Source: Entomortierella parvispora E1425 (Eukaryota > Fungi > Mortierellomycota). From it: a stretch of 64,000 nt of DNA. Shown here piece by piece: positions 48,268 to 62,183 of this stretch. Position 1 is the first letter of the stretch, and each line of letters starts with the position of its first letter. A model generated the notes under the pieces. That model was given only the letters and a program-made list of their open reading frames with translations. It was not told the origin of the DNA and did not search any database. The translations under genes and the position numbers were made by a program. The DNA is taken from positions 2,604,001 through 2,668,000 of the forward strand of contig BQFW01000008.1 of assembly GCA_020891255.1 (NCBI GenBank). The letters run 5' to 3'.

Positions 48268-49158
48268 CAATAGCCGCTAGTTTAGAAGGACCTCTCGTCT
48301 GACTCCGATTTATCGAAGACCTCAAAATACAATTCAAAATACAATAGCCATTATGGGCATCAGGAACTCAACTATAGATAGCACTGCTGCATGGGATCTT
48401 GACTGGGTAGAATATCAAAATATCAATGTGTTTCCACCCCAGCAATGGCATGCCAAAAGCACATTTTTGCTCCAAAAGAGAGTTGAGCGGAAGGAGAGTG
48501 CAAAGATCACAAAAACAGATTCATTCAAATTGGTGGCGTTCAGGTGGCTTGTGTGACCCAGCCCAGCCAGCCACTCACCCTTCTCATTTCTCATTTCTCA
48601 CTCCGAGCCAAAAAAAAAGCAAATCTCGCTCCACTCTGTCTTCATTCGTCTTGCTCCTTCTGTGCGTGGTGTGCGTGTTTGTCATTCCGTCCCTGTCGAC
48701 ATCCATCCTTTCATCCATTCATCCATCCATCCATCCACCTCGACGCGTGCTGCCCCCTCCTGCATTCCTTGCCATTGTCCTATCCCCATTCCTGATTCTT
48801 CATTCCCCTGGCCTGCATCAATCATAACTCACCAACTAGCTAAGAAGCACAACAATCGCAGGTCCACCTTCCTAACAAACTGGAAACTCAACCGCTTTTT
48901 TTTCTAAAGCCGTGCCTGATCCCTTGCATCCACTGAGCTCTTTCTGTTGTACTCTCTGCATCCAATTTGATTTCCTTACACGCTTCTACGCTCGAAAAGG
49001 TATGGAAACTTCTTTTCTAGCAACGCAACCCCGTCCTCTATTCACATCCAGCTCGCGTGATGCCACAGTAGCTAACACGGTTGATTTACCAGCTTTCCTC
49101 TGATCTGCATCGTAGTTTCCGCTAAATTGATCCAATTTTGCCTCTGATTTACGGTTAG

Positions 49159-52100
49159 ATGGACCACGTCGACATGCAGGTTCGTGTCTTTTCTGCTATG
49201 GCGAGCTCTGCTTTACTCTTCTCTCGCCTTGTGGTTAACACGGACCTATACCTCTTTTTTTTTATAACGGCTCTTCGATCAGGGCGAGGACTCTACACAA
49301 TCCGTCACGAATGAATCTTTCACCTTAAAGCGCAGCATCTCGAGCGGCGATGAAGAACGTAGCTCCAGTCGAACCCGTGCTCAATCGACACCCATGGATC
49401 ATAGTTACTCTGAAGGCGAGATGGTCGAGTCAAAAAGGCGCCGTATCCACCACAACGACGTCTCAGGAACGAATTCTGTCTTTAACGATGGCGACAACTT
49501 GATGACCAGCAAGCGGATCATCCATTCAAGTCTGCAATCTCATGTCAACCCCGGAAACAGATCTTCACGGACAACACTAGTTACCACCACGACTGCCACT
49601 GTTTCCACCGATACCTCTCGTTTGCCTTCACGAAGCGAAGGGATAGACCTTAGGCGTTCTTCCAAGAGAGTGAATTATGCCGACCCCGATTCAGAGGAAG
49701 AGGAAGAAGAGGAGGAAGAAGAAGAGGAAGAAGAGGAAGAAGAGGAAGAGGAGCAGCCAAGCCGATCCCGGAATTTAGCTAGACAGTCGTCCCGTTCTTC
49801 AGCAGCCCACCAACTAGATGAGAGCGACGAAGAGGGATTCCAGCAACATAAGGCAGGCGTACCAGAGATTAGTCAGGTTCCCGGACAGCGTACCTTGCGG
49901 GATCGAAGGTCGATTGTTGCACCCAAACCATTCCCAGTTGGCAACCCAACTATGCCAAGAATACGCCGATCCAATGGTTCTAGACAGTCGGGAGGTCGAC
50001 GTTACGACGAGGAGACCAGATACAGATCAAGTGGACGACACCTGGCTCCTAAACGACCGCCACCAGTGGCCAGGACGATCACGGAGAATATGCGAATCAC
50101 AAGAGGCATGAGCACTGTTTTGGCGCCCGATACACCGTCCCCAAGAGACAGCCCTGATATCAATCCCTCTAGAAGTCGAACCACCCGCAATAGCTCTCGG
50201 TACCAGAGCCATATGTCGTCGGAGGAAGATCATGACGGAGAGGACCTGAATGATGAAGAAGGCGAGGCCGATGATGGCGAGGACGATATGGAAGATGATG
50301 GTGGAAATAATTCAATGCAATCAACGAACCCGGATGATCTTGGGCAAGTAAGGATGACGAGACTCAGGAGTCGCATACAAAGTCAACCACCACCTCGACA
50401 CTCATCTCAGCGACCTACTTCGAGACCAAAATCCTCACAATCCCGTCCCTCTCGGCAGGACGCTGATCGAAAGTACGACCTGAGGGAGAGACCAAAGAAT
50501 CGACCCACCTATATCGCGGATCGACCCATTCCCTCCCCGACCAGACCCAGGACATCTAGAGGCAACACATTTGGAGGGCGAGACCCATTCTCTCGGCCAC
50601 GACAAAATCGTTCGAGCTTTCTGGAAGCTTTGGGTCGTGCTGCTGGATCTGACAGCGATGATATGGACCTACCCAGTTTCAAGAGGCGATCGGGAACTTC
50701 AGAGCCTAGATCATCATCAAGAATCCTGCCAATGAATATGCACGAGCTTGGGGATTCCAGAAGAGACGTGATTGCAGCTCGAGCAGGTCAACCGGCAGAT
50801 ACAGATCCGCTCTCTGTGGGAAACAACATCGACTTTGACAAAGTCGGAGGATTGGATCATCACATCAAGTCGCTCAAGGAGATGGTTATTTTGCCTTTGC
50901 TCTACCCTGAGGTGTATTCACATTTCCAGATGATGCCTCCTCGCGGTGTTCTCTTCCATGGACCCCCAGGAACAGGAAAGACGCTATTGGCCCGAGCCCT
51001 TGCATCGAGCTGTTCCACAGAGACTCAAAAGGTGGCTTTTTTTATGCGCAAAGGTGCAGATTGTCTTAGCAAATGGGTAGGAGAAGCCGAGCGTCAGCTT
51101 CGATTGCTTTTCGAAGAAGCCAAGGCATGGCAACCCAGTATCATTTTTTTCGACGAGATTGATGGTCTTTGTCCTGTCCGCTCGAGCAAGCAAGAGCAGA
51201 TCCATGCTTCTATTGTATCCACAATGCTGGCGTTGATGGATGGCATGGATGGTCGTGGTAAGAACTTGTTGTTATTGTGGAATGCCCTATCGAGCAATTG
51301 GTATGGATGCTTTTGGTGTTGGATTCAGCAGTCTAATTATTTTCCTGGTGAATTAGGACAAGTTATTGTTATTGGTGCAACAAACAGGATTGACGCTATC
51401 GACCCAGCACTTCGTCGCCCAGGGCGCTTTGATCGTGAGTTTTACTTTCCTCTTCCTAACGAGGCTGCTCGCCGAGCAATTATCGACATCAATACTAGTG
51501 GATGGGTCCCACCATTGAATGAGGAATTCAAAAATGAGCTGGCAAGGATGACAACTCGATACTGCGGTGCTGATATCAAAGCTCTCTGCACGGAAGCTGC
51601 ACTAAAGGCCATTCGACGACGGTATCCTCAGATTTACGAAAGCAATGATAAGCTCCTCATTGACGCCAGCAGTATTATTGTGGAAGAGGTCGACATGTTG
51701 AAATCAGCCAAGGCGTTGACTCCGGCATCTTACAGGGTGACAGGCGCGACCGCCTCTCCACTACCAGCAAACTTTAAGCCACTTCTTCAGGAAACTCTGG
51801 ATCGGCTCTGCAAGATTGCAGATGGCCTGGTTACTGGGGCGAACAAGAAATCTTCCAAGGATGCTGATGAAGACGACGATGTATCTTTCCAGGCAATGGG
51901 CTACCGTAGCTTTGAGAAGCTGAAGACTTTCCGACCCAGGATTATCGTTGCAGGCACAAGAGGGATGGGACAGAGATATCTTGGACCGGCGCTTTTACAT
52001 CATTTGGAAGGATGCACCGTTCAGCTTTTCGATCTCGCTGCGCTCATGTCAGAGTCAAGCAGGACTCCTGAGGCCGCCTGTGTTCAATACTTTGTCGAGG

Positions 52101-53945
52101 TGAAGCGACATGCACCCAGTGTCATTTACATTCCGCACATCGATGTGTGGTGGACTGTAGTCTCTGACGCTGTCAAGGCAACATTCTCGAACCTCCTGGA
52201 AGATCTAAGCCCTGAGGACGGAATTCTGTTCTTGGCTACCAGTGAAACGCCGCTGAATGAGCTTCCCATCACTGTGCGCAGATGGTTCCTGTCGAGCGCG
52301 AAGGGTCGAGTTGAGTTGCGCAAACCCCAGAGTCAAAGCCGCGGCATCTTTTTCGAGACGCTTTTGCAGGATCTTGCTCGCCCTCCAACAGATTTTATTG
52401 TTCCTCCTACAGAGCGTGCCGCACTGGAGCCTTTGAAGAAGGCACCCCCACCTCAGCCTCGTGTCCCAACCGCTGAAGAAAAGAGGCTACTTAGAGAACA
52501 TGATCAATATGTCCTTCGCGAGCTCCGAATTTCATTGCGAACTATTGTCGAGGAACTATTGAAAGAGCGCAAATTCAAGCCTTTCTTTCACCCTGTTGAT
52601 CTTGAAGAGTTCCCTGACTATCTGGAAGTCATCAAAAAGCCCATGGACTTGTCGACCATTAGTAGCAAGATCAACGACAGGGTTTACCTTGAGGTCAAAG
52701 AGTTTGTGGCCGATATCGACCTGATTGTGGATAACACCACGGAATACAACGAAGCAAGCAAGATTGTGTACACAGTAAGATTTTACGGGATTTACAACAA
52801 TTGTTCACTGTTTTTTCAGCTAACTGTTGGTCATTGGTATCTTTTAGGCACGGGCTTTCCAAGATGTGGTTCATGCAATGGTTTCCAGATTCGATCCAGA
52901 GCTTATCACCGAGACTGAAAAGTCTGCGGCTCGAGTTCGTCAGGAGGCAAAGGTCAACCAACGAGTCATGGGCGAGAGAATGAGCCGGCGTCGACTAGGC
53001 CTTGAGGCACCCGCTGTTCCAGATAACCCAGAGGCATTCTTGCGCAATCGAGCTGTAATCTCAAGGCAGGCCATGGATGCAGCCGCTCGAGGAGAGAGTG
53101 TAGAACCCCTTGTGAAGCTGGAGCCCTTGGTGGCCGATTCAATGGATAACGATTTGGAGGACAAGAGTCAGCATGCTGATGAGGAACAGATTGCAGGTGG
53201 TGATGTAGACTCTCTCCCAACTACAGAGATTTCAATCAACGACATTCCGGCTTTGACAGAGGATGTGTCGCAGAGCATGGACGTGGACACTCCTAAAGAT
53301 GCACCTATGGCGGACAAAAATGACACAGATCAACCAATGAAAGGCTCAGCCTCCGTCTCTAAAGAGGCATCACCCTTGAGGGAGGCTTCTGTTGACTTGA
53401 CTGGGACAAGTGAGCTGACTGCCGGTATTGCAGCTCTCCTTGAGGATGAGCATCATGCTTCAGAGCACATGGCGCAGACGTTACCCGAAAAGCCAGCGAC
53501 ACCTACTTCCCAACAGACAGAGGATGCTATCGAGGCGACTGTATCCACAGAGGTTGCTCCTGTAGAGGACATTGCTGTAGATGAAGAAGTGCCAAAGGTA
53601 TTCGAGCTGAATCAGGAGGAAGTAGCTGCTCTACGGGTAGCCTTAGTCAAGGATACGGAACACAGCACTGTCGAGGAACTGGATCAGTTGCGAGCAGCCC
53701 TTTACAGCGATATCTGGGATCATCGGCAAGAGTGGAACAAAGACGCCCTTCTCTTGGTAAGTACTATTTGTCTTCGAAGACCATTGCTTTGTTGTTGAAA
53801 ATACAACATACTCAACCCGTCTCTTCTGCCCCTTTTTTTAATTCAGGATATGAAAGAGACGCTACTGTCAGTCACTAGTCTCCACCGTGAATACAGAGCT
53901 TCGGAACAGCAGGCCGTTGACAGCTTCTTGGATAGCTTTCGATGA
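49159..53945 (+). CDS. YTA7: AAA+ ATPase-bromodomain histone chaperone (YTA7/ATAD2/Abo1), multi-exon
   Basis: Walker A GPPGTGKT, FFMRKGADCLSKWVGEAERQL, Walker B IIFFDEID, and IGATNR...ALRRPGRFDREFYF. A second degenerate AAA domain and a bromodomain (PFFHPVDLEEFPDYLEVIKKPMDL) follow, and the N-terminus is acidic. Introns include 49180-49282, 51258-51356, 52775-52847 and about 53757-53846. Confidence 0.95.
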
Positions 53946-54290
53946 AGAGATTGTGCGCAGGAGGGTGAGAAACAATAAAAATCCAAAGGCTGGTGACTGC
54001 TCTCTTTACACGGTGCCAGGAAGGGTTCTGATTGTGAGCGTGAATGATTTTGATGAAGTCAGATCGCGTATCCAAGCGATTATCGCTTTTGTCGTTGTGC
54101 GTGTCAATCGGATCATGTCCGTGTCAGTGCGCAAAAAGTTATAAAAGGGGTCAGCCAACTTCTTCTTTGTGGGCCGTTCATTCATTCTTTCACTCATTCC
54201 ATCCATTCGCTTGCATTCACGCACTCACCCTCGCCACTCACCCTCCCCGCTCTTTCCCCCCCACACACACTCTCATAACTCATATATAAA

Positions 54291-55928
<1,638 letters not shown>

Positions 55929-57074
55929 GGGAGCAGTATGATATCAAGAAAGGGGACATGCATCCCCACCAGAGAGAAGAACCCGCACCATGCACTCACC
56001 CAGCATCTGAAATGCATTTCCAAAACAGATCTTAGAAAACCACCTGTAAAATAAACAACCGATTTCTTTCGCCCCTGATGTCTACGACTCTTTTTGTTAT
56101 TTTCACCAAGGGTGACAGCCATCGGCAGAACAAACAACACACGAGCGAAGCAAGCCAACCACAAGACTTCAAGGGCACACGCACCTGCTCAGTTGACAAC
56201 GACGACTTGCTCATCAGCACGGTTATATCTTTGAGAGTTCCCCTTGCTTATCCAATGTCTAGAAAACGACGAACATGACCGTCCTACAGCCGTCATTCCA
56301 AGACTTTTGACGTCCATGCTGGCGCACAGTTCTGATCCAAAGACCCCCTGAATTGTGGCAAATGGAACGTTTTATTCTTTTTCTTTTTTTTTTTCTTTTT
56401 GCGTTTTTGTTTACGGAGTGAGTAGAGCGGGTTGGTGGCAAACATGTGTGACAAGTCTGAACAACCACAATCAAGAAACGAGCATGAACGTCGTTGGAGC
56501 GATGGGCGAGAGACAGACAGACAGATAGACAGAGAGCAGTTTGGTCAGGAGAATTAGACAATTAGTCGATGCAGCATCGCAACGGACAGCCAAACAAACA
56601 AAAATGTTGTGCTAGAGCTGCTCTCATTCACACACACACACACGCCACGAAACAAACCACTGATGTTCATCCTGACCTTGCCTAAAAAAAATGTACGAGA
56701 AATGGCTCTCAAACTTCTGATCTATTTTTCTTTCCTATTCTCTTTCTTTTCTCCGCGCCCAGACACCCATTCTCCTTTCTGTCTGTTCCTGAACAGAGCC
56801 ATGGAGAGCTGTCAAAAAAATGGCGGTGGAAGTGGAGAAAAATAGTGTGTCTATATGGGTACGTGAGAAAGTGAGCGCCAGAGGGAGAGGGGGTTGAGAA
56901 CGGGCGGTTGGTATTCTTATCGTGCAAAGTGAGTGAAGATCCATACCGCTATCGAAAAAAATGTCGAGACTCTCCAGACCTGAGATGATGCAAGGTGCGA
57001 TCAAGTATGGTCATTCCGTGCGTGTGATGCATGAACGATTCCTTGCCTGACCTTCCAGGTTGTGCAATTGAGTA

Positions 57075-57122
57075 TTCTTGACATCGGGCGAGGTGCATTT
57101 TTGTTTGCGCCCGATGTCGGAA
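57075..57122. repeat. Inverted repeat / hairpin with a perfect 11-bp GC-rich stem
   Basis: GACATCGGGCG (57080-57090) pairs with CGCCCGATGTC (57108-57118) around a 17-nt loop. The stem extends by TTCT/GGAA with one bulge. Confidence 0.75.
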
Positions 57123-58589
57123 CAATGTTTGTCTTTATGTTTTCTATTGTTCAAAGCCCACCGTTTCGAACAGTTTCAATAACCCCACCCACCCCCAATG
57201 CGGTCAAATGAAGGATCGGATCGATGGGAACCATGAGCCTTGCCCCAATTATTGTCTTGGACTCATTGACGCCTCTTTTATTTGGTTATTGCATTCTTGC
57301 ATTCTTGGATGGATGCACTGTTGCGGGTCAATTGTTTTTTCCTCTTGGCCAGACCATTGTCGATCAAGAGTCCAATGCGCCGACAAAGAGACAAACAGAA
57401 AAAGGTGGAAGAAAGCAAGGAACAAAGAAATGAAGACAAACATAACATAAAAAAGGCGAGGGAGCATTCCATGAGTGGAGTAGACAGAGAGTCGAAGAAG
57501 TTGAACTGACTTTCAAGTTTCCAGTAGCGAAATAGATTTATTTGCTCGCGTAAGGAATGAGGGCCAGACAGTTCCACCAAACCCAAAGGACCTTTGCGTT
57601 TGATTACTGTCGATTGGTTGTTATTTCCGAGCTGCTGTTTGCAGTGCAAAGGTCGTCAAGGGATGAAGATGAACGACGAAGACAAGTCCAGAGAAGTGGA
57701 GTGCACTCGGGGCCATTGGCGTGGCGTGGACCAAAGAGCAGAGCAGAGCAGACCGATCTCCTCACTTTGTTATCTCTTTTCCGTGCTCTCTCTCTCTCTC
57801 TCTCTCTGCCTTTCGCTCTCGCAATCGACACCTCCCTTGCCTTTCCTCGCTCCTCTTTTACTTTCTTGCTCCCTTCCTTTCTCATTGCATGCTCCATCTC
57901 TGTCCCCTCCTTTCCTCATTGCATTCCTAATCCTCCTTTCTTTTCGACCTCGGACATCATCTCATTCCATCTCGGACCCTTTTTCGTTGCATTCCTGAAT
58001 CCTACCCTCATCTCATCCTGTACACTTCTCTCCTCCCCTGTTTCGATTTTTCACGACTTTGACCTCGCTCCTTCACGACCACTGCACATAGACCTCTTCA
58101 TCTTTTATCCTTCTCCCCTTTTCTCTTTCTTTTTTTCCGACTCTTTACTTTTTTCCTTTATCCTTTCGTACGTATATCCTCGAACAAGCCCCCTTCTCTC
58201 TCCTACGTCTGCTCTTTCCTTCAGGAACAAAGTAGCCCACTCCACAGGCTAGCGTCAACCGGAAGTGAATTTTTCAGCCAACCAAAAGGAGCAACCCTTT
58301 CGCGCGCGTGCACCAACCTGCCTTTTTGCGCGACAACATACCCACAACCCTCGCGGTTCTCCTCCATCGTTGCAATTTTTTTGTTCTATCCTTCCCGCGC
58401 GTTTTTGTTGTTCCCTTATTTCCCCTGCTTTTATATCTCGTTCTTGTCCGTCGCACTTTTCTTTTCCTTTTTGGACCTTATTGTCTAGCCTCCTTTTTTC
58501 CTTTTGTTTGCTCTCCCCTCATCGACTATCTCCTCGATCGATCCGTCTTCACGTTCATCTCCCCATCACCAAAGAAAACCGAGAATACC

Positions 58590-59630
58590 ATGGGTGGCAT
58601 TGTCTGGCATGAGTTTGCACGACTGATGTGTCTGTCGGCCACTTTCGGTAAGACGCACATTTTTTGTCTTTGCCGTGGCAGCCGATCTCTCCGTCTTCTG
58701 AATGACATAGCGCCCCTCTGACCGTTGTAAACTGATCATCTTTGTGGGACCCTTCCCTCTCTCTCCTTCTTTTATCTCGTTGGTTAATAGTCTTGATTGT
58801 TGGAGGCATTGTCGGCACTGTCGAACCCTTGCCAAACTTCGATGCGCTCAGGTAAGATATCATCCAGTAGCAAAAGATCAAAGAGGAAGAAGAAAGGCAC
58901 CTGTTTATCGTCGTCAGCAATTGTCTGGCCTCTTGAGGACCAATTTCACCCTGTGAGCCAAGCACGTTTGAAATGCTCTCGACTCTGTTGTTTTGGTCGA
59001 TCTAAACAATTTCGGAAGAAGAGGGACGAACGACTGCAATCTGGACTCTTTGGGTTTATGTGTTTCCCTGTTGTACTGCCATCCACGACAGATGGTTGGT
59101 TACACATATTACAAACCCATTCCTTCCCATTCCACACATGGCTCACATAACACCCTCATTTTCCTTCCTTCTCTTCCTCACCTTATATTTCTCATATTAG
59201 AAAACTGACTGGACTTTACGCCCATCCCGTACCAGTATTACCTACAATTCTCATGTATGTATTGTAGCTCTCGATCCCCTTCCTTGCTTCCACGCTGAAC
59301 GTGCTCTTGAAATCGTGAGCTTTTTTTTTTTTTTTTTTTTTTTGGACGACCTCTAACTCTGCATTTTTTTAATCTCCAAAAAACAACAGTGTACTAGGCC
59401 TGATTGTTGTAGTGATCGAATGTCCCCTGGTGGCCAGAGACTACTTCAACAGCAGTGATTCCTACATGCCCAGAGTGGCGTTTTATATCCCGGTGTGTGT
59501 TTTGGCCTTTCTGGAAGCACAGACCTGCAACGGAGGTGTCTACCTCGGCATTGGCGCGTTCGCATACATGCAGGCGATCAGGGCCGACTTCCTGAAAAAC
59601 CAACAGTCCGCCTGGGGCCGATTGCCATAG
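58590..59630 (+). CDS. noxD: NADPH oxidase accessory subunit NoxD/Pro41, p22phox (CYBA)-like, 137 aa, 4 exons
   Basis: Exons 58590-58647, 58791-58851, 59201-59254 and 59390-59630 total 414 nt. Product: MGGIVWHEFARLMCLSATFVLIVGGIVGTVEPLPNFDALRKLTGLYAHPVPVLPTILIVLGLIVVVIECPLVARDYFNSSDSYMPRVAFYIPVCVLAFLEAQTCNGGVYLGIGAFAYMQAIRADFLKNQQSAWGRLP. It shares MG.I.W...AR, E-x-P-L, the conserved Arg and the terminal TM with p22phox/NoxD. Confidence 0.8.
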
Positions 59631-60015
59631 CGTGGTGAACCACCCCTCATATTTTTATTTTTTTTGCATCTTCTGTCAAGAACTCTGCTCAAGAGCATTG
59701 AACTGGAAACTCTTTTATCTTTAACCATCTTACGGCCTCATCATACTCTTGTTTCCAAACTCGCCAAGCTTTGTGGTGAGATTACAATCGACAAAAAAAA
59801 AAAAAAAAAGCTGCCATGATTTGGCGCGCTTGTACCATAGAAAACCCCATCCTTTTACAAATAAAAAAAAAGAAAAAAAAGAAAACAAGAATGAAATCAA
59901 TTGCAAGAGACCATGAAGTGTAGCGGTGGCGCACTGGTTTTTATTAAAATGCCGATCAGGGCAGGGCGCAGTGTAGTGATGTGCCGACCAGCCATTGGAC
60001 CCAACTCGCAAGAGA

Positions 60016-60887
60016 TTAGCAATGGTGCGTGTCACCTCGGTAGCACACGTACCAGTCGCCCACAAAGCACTTTGTGTCGCTGTCAAAAGGGCAAGGGCAG
60101 CTCAAGGGTCGATCCACACATGTCCTTGTATCTTGACAAAAGTATCCAGGGCAGACTAAAAGGGTGAAAGGTTCAACGCGTCCGTTAAAACACGCGTTCT
60201 GTTTGTTCGTAAGCAGAAAGCGAAATGACGTAAAAGAGCCTCCCTGTTACCTTCAGAAGTCTCGTCATGATGTCCTTCGTGTGCTTCCTGTTCCTCCTGT
60301 GATCCATGTCCAAAGAAGTCGTCAAAGGGTGAACGCTGCTGCTGTCGTTGTTGTTGTTGCTGCTGCTGTTGATGCCTCCTTGCTTGTTCTTGTTCTTGGT
60401 CGTGGCGTTCCTTCTCCACTTGTTTCTCCGAGTACACTTGCGTGTAAGGCTTCCCGAAAGGAGATGCCCCAGGGGCGTTGGGCCGTGATCCCGAAGAAGA
60501 AGAGGAAGAAGTGGAGGAAGACGAGGAGAAAATGGACGAGTCTAGGATTGGCTGGAGGAGGGATCTGATCGGTGTGGATACTGAGGAGGGTGATATTGAG
60601 GATTGAGCGAGAACGAGAATGGCTACAGCGAGAATGAAGAAGGCAAGTTTGGAAGAAGGAGAGGGAGGTGGCGGCGGTGGTGATGAAGCCTGGCGTCGGG
60701 TGGCATTAGGAGATGCAGAGGCGCGTGCGTGGCCGTTGCGTGTGGATGCAATGTCAGGAGATGATGCCTGGGAGGTTGCAGTTTTTGAAGATGATTCCTT
60801 TTGGTGGGATAGACTGGATGCTGACATTGTGCTGGCAGTACTGATGAGGATGAAGGAGAAAAGTGAAGAGGAAGATGATGATGCCAT
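60016..60887 (-). CDS. LCL2: LCL2 (long chronological lifespan 2)-like secretory-pathway protein, 2 exons
   Basis: Exon 1 is 60887-60251, the intron is 60250-60156 (GTAACA...TTTAG) and exon 2 is 60155-60016. Exon 2 encodes VCPGYFCQDTRTCVDRPLSCPCPFDSDTKCFVGDWYVCYRGDTHHC, the LCL2 C..Y.C..T..CV..P..CPC motif. It is preceded by a hydrophobic segment and the Q-rich SPFDDFFGHG region. Confidence 0.8.
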
Positions 60888-61076
60888 GGTTGCTATTGTA
60901 GTCCATGCGAAGAAATGGGACTGCTGTGCCCAGTCAGGGTCAAGGGAAAAACGCCACTAATTTTGCACTCGCTCGCTGGTGGGTTCCTTTTGAATGGTGA
61001 GGCTGAACTTTTATCTTGTCAACTATGCCAATACGAGCATGCAGCAGTTTTATTGACCGTCGGATGTAGCCTCGCC

Positions 61077-62107
61077 TCAGCATCCATCTTCTTTCTTAGC
61101 CCTTGTCCAGCTTCCATCACTTGAAGTTTCCGTACGGACAGTGAGATTTAATGTCAACAGATCCCCGAAGTAGTTCTGGGCCGATTTGATCGCGTGCTCC
61201 CTAATGTCACAGCTCTTCACATGAAGATCTTCCAAAGTCTTGGGGAGGCCCACGATGTGCCTTGTTTCTTTCAAGTTCGTTATCGTAAATTTGACGATGT
61301 TGTTACAGTGATAAAAGCGCAACTTGCCTTCACTGATGCCTCTTCGTAAGTCCAGCAAGTTCAACACTGACTTGCACGGTCGTTTTTTTTTTTTTTTTGA
61401 GATGCGTGAATTTTTGGACGATCCACAAGATCTCATTACTCAAGTCCAGGCGGTAGAAGTCTAGTATTCGAATTTGTGGGTTGTTTGCTAGCAGTACTCC
61501 AAGGTACTTCAAGGACCAGGACTGAATAGGTTCCCGTTCCCGCTTGCAGGCACTATCAACATGAGGGGCTTCCGATTGATTCGAGTAAAGCTGTTGACCA
61601 ATTTGTTTGGCTTTTATCAGGTCCGTTCTCTGCACATGGTTAGGCGATAGTGATAGGCTGTCGCGAGGGCGATACTCCTGTCTCTAAGCATGATAACGGA
61701 CTGTGTGTCCGTACGCTTTTAAAGGCGTCAACGGCCTCTAGCAGAGCAATCTTTGCCGGGAATTTTCTTGTATGAACTGGGGACAGAGGGTAAAATAGAG
61801 GGTGTGAGTCAAGGAAATTCCTTTTTTCAGAAAAACTGAGTGATGGAGTGCCGACTTGGCAACAGGAAGTCCATGAAAATGCTCCATTACCCGCCCTAGA
61901 GCACCTTTCGGGGAACAGTGTAGGCAATGGGACTTGAATGGTGTCTGAACTGAGCGATTGTGAAAGGCAACATCGCGACAATTGGCAAAATGGTGGCGTA
62001 GTTAAGGGGCCAACTTGTGTTCGTGCCACCAGACACCTTGCCAGTGGGCGACGATGGACAACATTTCTGTTCGCACTGGCTCTCTTGACTCGAGGCAATT
62101 CACTCAT
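61077..62107 (-). pseudogene. Probable disrupted F-box/LRR-like gene
   Basis: Three ORF pieces (61640-62107, 61330-61635, 61077-61436) contain PLARCLVAR, LKYLGVLLANNPQIRILDFYRLDL and GLPKTLEDLHVKSC. A plausible intron (GTACGG...CTAAC...TGCAG) joins the first two pieces. The last two are out of frame around an A16 run. Confidence 0.4.
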
Positions 62108-62183
62108 GCTTAGTCAGGACCAGACAGACGTCGAAGGATCGTACATCCTCATCCCAGGAGACGACACACACAGCTCTCATACC

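Noticed and set aside
57557-58252. 231-aa F/S/L/P-rich ORF, and similar ORFs at 25064-25498, 43639-43929 and 45160-45558
   Set aside because: They are translations of CT/GA-rich leader tracts, with low complexity and no coding signature.
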